Assembly (NCBI GenBank): GCA_017610175.1
Contig: JAFCCO010000024.1
Coordinates: 1 to 12,144 of the forward strand
DNA from: Candidatus Iainarchaeum sp.
GTDB lineage: Archaea > Iainarchaeota > Iainarchaeia > Iainarchaeales > GCA-2688035
DNA: 12,144 nucleotides
Direction: 5' to 3'
Shown here: positions 7,853 through 12,144 of the stretch, piece after piece
How positions within the stretch are numbered: position 1 is the stretch's first letter
Layout: each line of letters starts with the position of its first letter
Notes under the pieces: model-generated
The model's input: only the letters and a program-made list of their open reading frames with translations
Told to the model about the DNA's origin: nothing
Database searches by the model: none
Position numbers and translations under genes: made by a program

Positions 7853-7875
7853 AAGTTTGATTCTGTTTCTTTTTT
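7845..7875 (+). terminator. Candidate attenuator: hairpin plus U-rich tract in the dys leader
   Basis: CAAACT-aaa-AGTTTG (7845-7859) followed by ttctgtttctttttt (7861-7875). It could instead act as an ileS terminator. Confidence 0.4.
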
Positions 7876-7899
7876 GGAGCCATAGGCGGGTGATTTTAC

Positions 7900-8817
7900 A
7901 TGAACAACATTAACGACATTGAGTTGAAAGACAAGCAAAGTGCTGCAGACTTAGTTGCAGGAATGGGAAATACCGGATTCCAGGCAAGCCACCTAAGCGA
8001 CGCAGTTGAGCTGATTGAAAAAATGAAGCAGGAGAACTGCACAATATTCCTAGGGTTTACCGCAAACCTAATGGCCTCAGGATTAAGGGGAATTGTGAAA
8101 GAGCTGTGCAAAAAAAAGTTTGTTGACGCGATTGTGACAACCGCAGGAAGCACTGACCACGACATCATAAAGAGCTTCATGCCCTACAAAAAAGGAGCGT
8201 TTAACGCGGATGATGTTGAACTGCACAAAAAGGGAATCAACAGGCTTGGAAACATTTTTGTTGACACAAAAGGATTTGAGATTTTAGAGGAAAAGATGCA
8301 GCCCTGGCTTAAAGAGATTTACAAAAATGACAAGATTGCAAGCCCAAGCGGGCTAAACAGGTTTATTGGGAAAAGGCTTCCAGAGCAAAGCTTCCTGCAC
8401 CACTGCGCAAAAAACAACATACCGGTTTTCTGCCCGGGAGTTACAGACGGAGCAATTGGGCTGCAGATGTACTTCTTCAAGCAGGACCACCCAGACTTTG
8501 TAATGGATGTTACAAAGGACATGAAGGACATTGCCGACCTTGTGCTTAACGCGGACAAAACCGCGGCAATAATTCTCGGGGGCGGAATATCAAAGCACCA
8601 CATAATCGGCGCAAACATTCTGCGCGAAGGGCTTGATTACGCCGTATATATTTCAACGGCCGTTGAGTATGATGGATCGCTCTCAGGGGCGCAGACAAGG
8701 GAAGCAAAAAGCTGGGGGAAAATAAAGGAACATGGAAAGAACGTGCAGGTAAACTGTGACGCAACAATTGCTTTCCCACTAATTGCAGCCGCACTCAAGG
8801 AAAAGGGATTGCTGTGA
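7900..8817 (+). CDS. dys: Deoxyhypusine synthase
   Basis: GFQASHL, FLGFTANLMASGLRG, GINRLGNIFV, TDGAIG, GGGISKHH, YDGSLSGA, EAKSWGK with the catalytic Lys; SD GGTGAT at 7889-7894. Confidence 0.96.
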   Translation: MNNINDIELKDKQSAADLVAGMGNTGFQASHLSDAVELIEKMKQENCTIFLGFTANLMASGLRGIVKELCKKKFVDAIVTTAGSTDHDIIKSFMPYKKGAFNADDVELHKKGINRLGNIFVDTKGFEILEEKMQPWLKEIYKNDKIASPSGLNRFIGKRLPEQSFLHHCAKNNIPVFCPGVTDGAIGLQMYFFKQDHPDFVMDVTKDMKDIADLVLNADKTAAIILGGGISKHHIIGANILREGLDYAVYISTAVEYDGSLSGAQTREAKSWGKIKEHGKNVQVNCDATIAFPLIAAALKEKGLL

Positions 8818-9782
8818 TTTTGAATTTTGCACTGATGTTTATCTGCGGCTTTTTCACAAAGCTTACAGACGAACTGGTTGACGAACCGTTCAAGGTAAGG
8901 TTTCCGAAACTCCAGTATGCAACAGGGATTATTTACGGCCTGCTCGCAGGATACCTTGTGGTAAACTCACCGGAGTTTGCAACGCTAATAATCGCAATAA
9001 GCCTTGGGGTTCTCTTTGCAGGAAAAATTGATTCAAAAGCGCACCAGTTCGCAATAGGAGGAATCTTTCTCTTCATCGCATTCGCGGGAATCCCCCAAAT
9101 AAATTTCTTCCTTGTGGTATTGTTCACCGCACTCGGATTTCTGGATGAACTGCTCAACGATTTGATTGACCGGGCAAAAGAAAAGAAGGTCAGGGTGAAC
9201 GAGCTTGTTGCAAAGTTTGTCAACGCAAGGCTTTCACTTGAAATTGGAACGCTTGCGGTTGGAGTTATTACAGGAAACTTTGTTTACTTCATCGCGCTTT
9301 TTGTGTTTGACCTCGCGTACAACATTGTGGAAAAGATTTTGCCCCACTTTGTGGAAAGGTTTGATGCGGCATACGGGCCGCAGCTTGCGCTGGACCTTTA
9401 CAAGGCAAATTCAAAAAAGCTTGCAAACATTGCCTTTGTGAAAGGGCTTTTGGACAACTTTCCCGCAAAAATCGGGATGAAGAAAATCTCAGAACCGGTT
9501 GTTGTGGAATACAACCCGGAGAACGAGAAAGAATCTGGGTTAAGCGGATTTGTTATTATTGCCGAATCGCACATTACAATTCACACATATCCCTTGAAAC
9601 AGCTTGCAAAAATTGACATTGTGTCCTGCAAGGAATTTGACCACAAAAAGGCGGCGGAGTTGCTGAAAAAGGCCTTTAATGCAAAGGAAGCCGAGCTTCA
9701 GGTTCTTGACCGCGGAAAGCATTACCCAAGCGATGTCGCCAAAGCAAAGAAGCTTGTTGAAAAAGAGCGCAAAGGCAATTAG
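8814..9782 (+). CDS. speD: Fusion of a multi-pass membrane domain (about aa 1-180) with a C-terminal SpeD/AdoMetDC-family pyruvoyl-dependent decarboxylase proenzyme
   Basis: About six hydrophobic segments, then YGPQLALDLY (from 9372), GLSGFVIIAE-SHITIHTYP with the pyruvoyl Ser at 9567-9569, and IDIVSCKEFD. GTGA start/stop overlap with dys. Substrate uncertain. Confidence 0.85.
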   Translation: MILNFALMFICGFFTKLTDELVDEPFKVRFPKLQYATGIIYGLLAGYLVVNSPEFATLIIAISLGVLFAGKIDSKAHQFAIGGIFLFIAFAGIPQINFFLVVLFTALGFLDELLNDLIDRAKEKKVRVNELVAKFVNARLSLEIGTLAVGVITGNFVYFIALFVFDLAYNIVEKILPHFVERFDAAYGPQLALDLYKANSKKLANIAFVKGLLDNFPAKIGMKKISEPVVVEYNPENEKESGLSGFVIIAESHITIHTYPLKQLAKIDIVSCKEFDHKKAAELLKKAFNAKEAELQVLDRGKHYPSDVAKAKKLVEKERKGN

Positions 9783-9785
9783 TTC

Positions 9786-9959
9786 TTAGATTCCAAGGAA
9801 TATTTTTGCGCCAACAACAACCAGTATTAGCACAACGCAAACCCCGATTACAAATTCAGGCGAAAGCTTTGGCCCCGCCGTGTCCGCGTCAAAGAAACGC
9901 ATTATTCCAAGTGCAGAACTTGGCCCTGAAACAGCAGGGCCTCTTTTGAGTTTAACCAT
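9786..9959 (-). CDS. secG: Preprotein translocase subunit Sec61beta (archaeal SecG)
   Basis: Hand translation MVKLKRGPAVSGPSSALGIMRFFDADTAGPKLSPEFVIGVCVVLILVVVGAKIFLGI (57 aa), with the GIMRFF..D...KLSP motif and a C-terminal TM helix. Not in the ORF track. Confidence 0.92.
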   Translation of the reverse strand: MVKLKRGPAVSGPSSALGIMRFFDADTAGPKLSPEFVIGVCVVLILVVVGAKIFLGI

Positions 9960-10080
9960 TTTAACTTACCTTAAGTAACTTGCATTAACGAGAATTTTTA
10001 AAGTTATTCATTTTTTTTAAATTTATTCATTCCCGTGCTTTGAAAACAATTAAATAACAGATTCAACAAAATAGTTAAGT

Positions 10081-11260
10081 ATGCAGGACTTGCTTCCCTT
10101 TTTTGTGTTAATGTTTGCCGGGCTGATTTTCTCAGAGACATTCAAGGCTTCACCTACCCTATGTTACCGCACTAATTATTGCAGGCATAATAATTGGGCC
10201 TGTGCTTGGCTGGGTTTCAGCCGACGAAACAATTCTCTTCATCGGATTAATCGGGATTGTTTTCCTGATGTTTATTGCAGGAAGCGAAATAAAAATTAAG
10301 ACATTCAAAAGGCTTGAGAAGCAAATCTTTGCGCTTGCCATCCTTAACGGCGGCCTGCCGTTTGTAACCGGTTTTGGGATTGGGTGGTTTTTAACCCAAA
10401 ACATTGCATCAGCACTGATTATTGGAATCGCATTCATTTCATCATCTGTTGCGCTAATTATTCCATCTCTTGGGGCAAGAAAGTTAATCCACACAAGGCT
10501 TGGGGAAACAATTATTTCAGCAACCGTTTTTGAGGACATTGGGAGTTTGCTGCTGTTTTCATTTATCCTACAGAGTTTCAGCCCAAAAACATCAATCCCG
10601 CTGATTGCATATATCCCGCTTGTTATTGGGATAATTTTTGTGCTGAAAAAAGTAATTCCCCCAATCGAGCGAATGTACCACTACGGCAAAAAAGGAAGGG
10701 ACCTTTTTGAGAACGAATTGATTTTTGTTTTTGTTTCACTGCTTGCAACAGTTGTGCTGTTTGAATCAATCGGAATGCACGCGATTGTGGCGGGCTTTGT
10801 GATTGGAATAATCTTAAGTGACTCAATTCGCGGAAAGATTGAGGAAAAAATCAGAACAATCAGCTACGGCTTCTTCATTCCCATTTTCTTTTTGATGATT
10901 GGAATGCAGATGGATTTATCGGTATTTATTTCACCGGGACCGCTTTTTGCGGCAGTTGTAATTCTCATCGGGCTGATTGGGTCCAAGGTGATAAGCGGGT
11001 TTGTGGGCGGAAAACTTCTGAAGTTCAATTCAAGGGAAAGCCTGCTAATCGGATTCACCACAATCCCACAACTTTCAACCACACTTGCTGTTGCATTTGT
11101 TGCGCTCGAACTTGGACTGCTTAGCCAGGAAATAATTACTGCATTAATTATTCTTTCAACAGTAACAACCTTTGTTTCGCCGATTGCAATAAGGCTTATT
11201 GCCGGCGAAAAGAGAGCGGAAACTGAAAAGGCAAGTGTTTTAAATAAGGAAAACGCATAA
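10081..11260 (+). pseudogene. Cation:proton antiporter (CPA2/Kef-type, Na_H_Exchanger) with a frameshift near 10144; real lesion or assembly error
   Basis: First frame gives MQDLLPFFVLMFAGLIFSETFK; the +1 frame continues RLHLPYVTALIIAGIIIGP into the 10202-11260 ORF, which has GIVFLMFIAGSE, ATVFEDI and GFFIPIFFLMIG. Confidence 0.8.
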
Positions 11261-11277
11261 TAAATTCAGGGAACAAA

Positions 11278-12144
11278 ATGGCTGACATAAGAAAACTGAT
11301 TAATGATGCAATGCACATCCTTGTGCTTCTTGCGCTTCTCGGATTACTGCTGGGAATTCTCACATGGACAGGGATAATAAAGTGCAGTGTAATCCCCGGC
11401 TGGTGCGGTGTATACTGGGGGGCAGTTACATTTACAACAGGCGGGCCAAAAGTATTGATTGTTTATGGAGACGAGGGCCTGGGGCATCCAATAATTGGAT
11501 CCTGCCCTGACATCGGATGCAGCCTGCAGGAGCTTATGCAAAACCCTGAATTTATTGGGGTTCACGCCGACACCCTTCACATAGACCGAGTGAATTCTGG
11601 AAACCTAAGGCCGTACCATATGGTTATTGTTGAACGGGCCAGAAAAATCCCAACCAAGGTACTGCTTGATTTTATTGATTACTACAACACAGGCGGGCGG
11701 CTTGTGTGGACGGGCGACGCCGGAACCGAACTTGGGCAGGGAGATAAATTCCTGTACATTGACGAAAGGAAGGAAGCCACAGAAGATGAAGAGGAAGAAG
11801 AGGTCGAACGCCACACCCTAATAGGCCCCTGGTCAAGAAAGGACGGGGATAACATAATTGCATTTGATTTCCTGCTTTCGGTTAATTATGGGGGAAATTA
11901 CTGCGACCTTGTTAACTGCCTTGAAGACAAACCGATTTATGTGGGAAGCCTTGAGCCCGAGCCAAGCAGGAACCACCCGCTGATAAAGGGAATGGCTGCA
12001 GAGCTTCCGCTGTGGATTTTTAAGGGAAGGGATTTTGCAATAGTTGAAACAATTCCGGGAGGGATAACAACAGAGGTTTTAACGCTTAACCTTACTTCAC
12101 ATGTTTCAAACACAGGAATCGGAGGGGACGACGAAACGAGAACC
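11278..12144 (+). CDS. Hypothetical membrane-anchored protein, possibly class I glutamine amidotransferase-like fold; 3' end beyond window
   Basis: Open from ATG 11278 to the window end (289 codons). N-terminal TM (ILVLLALLGLLLGILTW), Cys pairs, YHMVIVE...FIDYYNTGGRLVWTGDAG and NHPLIKG patterns. Confidence 0.75.
   Translation, partial: MADIRKLINDAMHILVLLALLGLLLGILTWTGIIKCSVIPGWCGVYWGAVTFTTGGPKVLIVYGDEGLGHPIIGSCPDIGCSLQELMQNPEFIGVHADTLHIDRVNSGNLRPYHMVIVERARKIPTKVLLDFIDYYNTGGRLVWTGDAGTELGQGDKFLYIDERKEATEDEEEEEVERHTLIGPWSRKDGDNIIAFDFLLSVNYGGNYCDLVNCLEDKPIYVGSLEPEPSRNHPLIKGMAAELPLWIFKGRDFAIVETIPGGITTEVLTLNLTSHVSNTGIGGDDETRT

Noticed and set aside
4913-9722. Many short overlapping ORFs within ileS, dys and speD
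   Set aside because: Antisense or alternative-frame shadows of well-supported genes, with no recognisable motifs.
11344-11863. Four short ORFs near the right end
   Set aside because: Shadows of the long plus-strand ORF starting at 11278.

Overview
Archaeal chromosomal window, probably DPANN and possibly Diapherotrites/Iainarchaeota-like (inferred from TATA-box promoters, GGTGAT Shine-Dalgarno (SD) sites, Sec61beta, deoxyhypusine synthase, archaeal-type IleRS and a tRNA lacking encoded CCA). In order it holds: the 5' part of a large secreted LamG/Ig-like surface protein (minus strand, runs off the left edge, absent from the ORF track), a UPF0200/CoaE-like P-loop kinase, a CmpX/MscS-type TM-helix protein, a single-OB-fold SSB, tRNA-Ile with the rare UAU anticodon, a basic orphan ORF, ileS, deoxyhypusine synthase coupled to a membrane-domain/SpeD (pyruvoyl decarboxylase) fusion, Sec61beta, a frameshifted CPA2 antiporter and a partial membrane-anchored protein. 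The best candidate for an undescribed system is a leaderless uORF, MHRPPN-stop, followed by a hairpin and U-tract directly upstream of the dys-speD operon. It resembles an aIF5A/polyamine-sensing attenuator. No mobile element or CRISPR array is visible.
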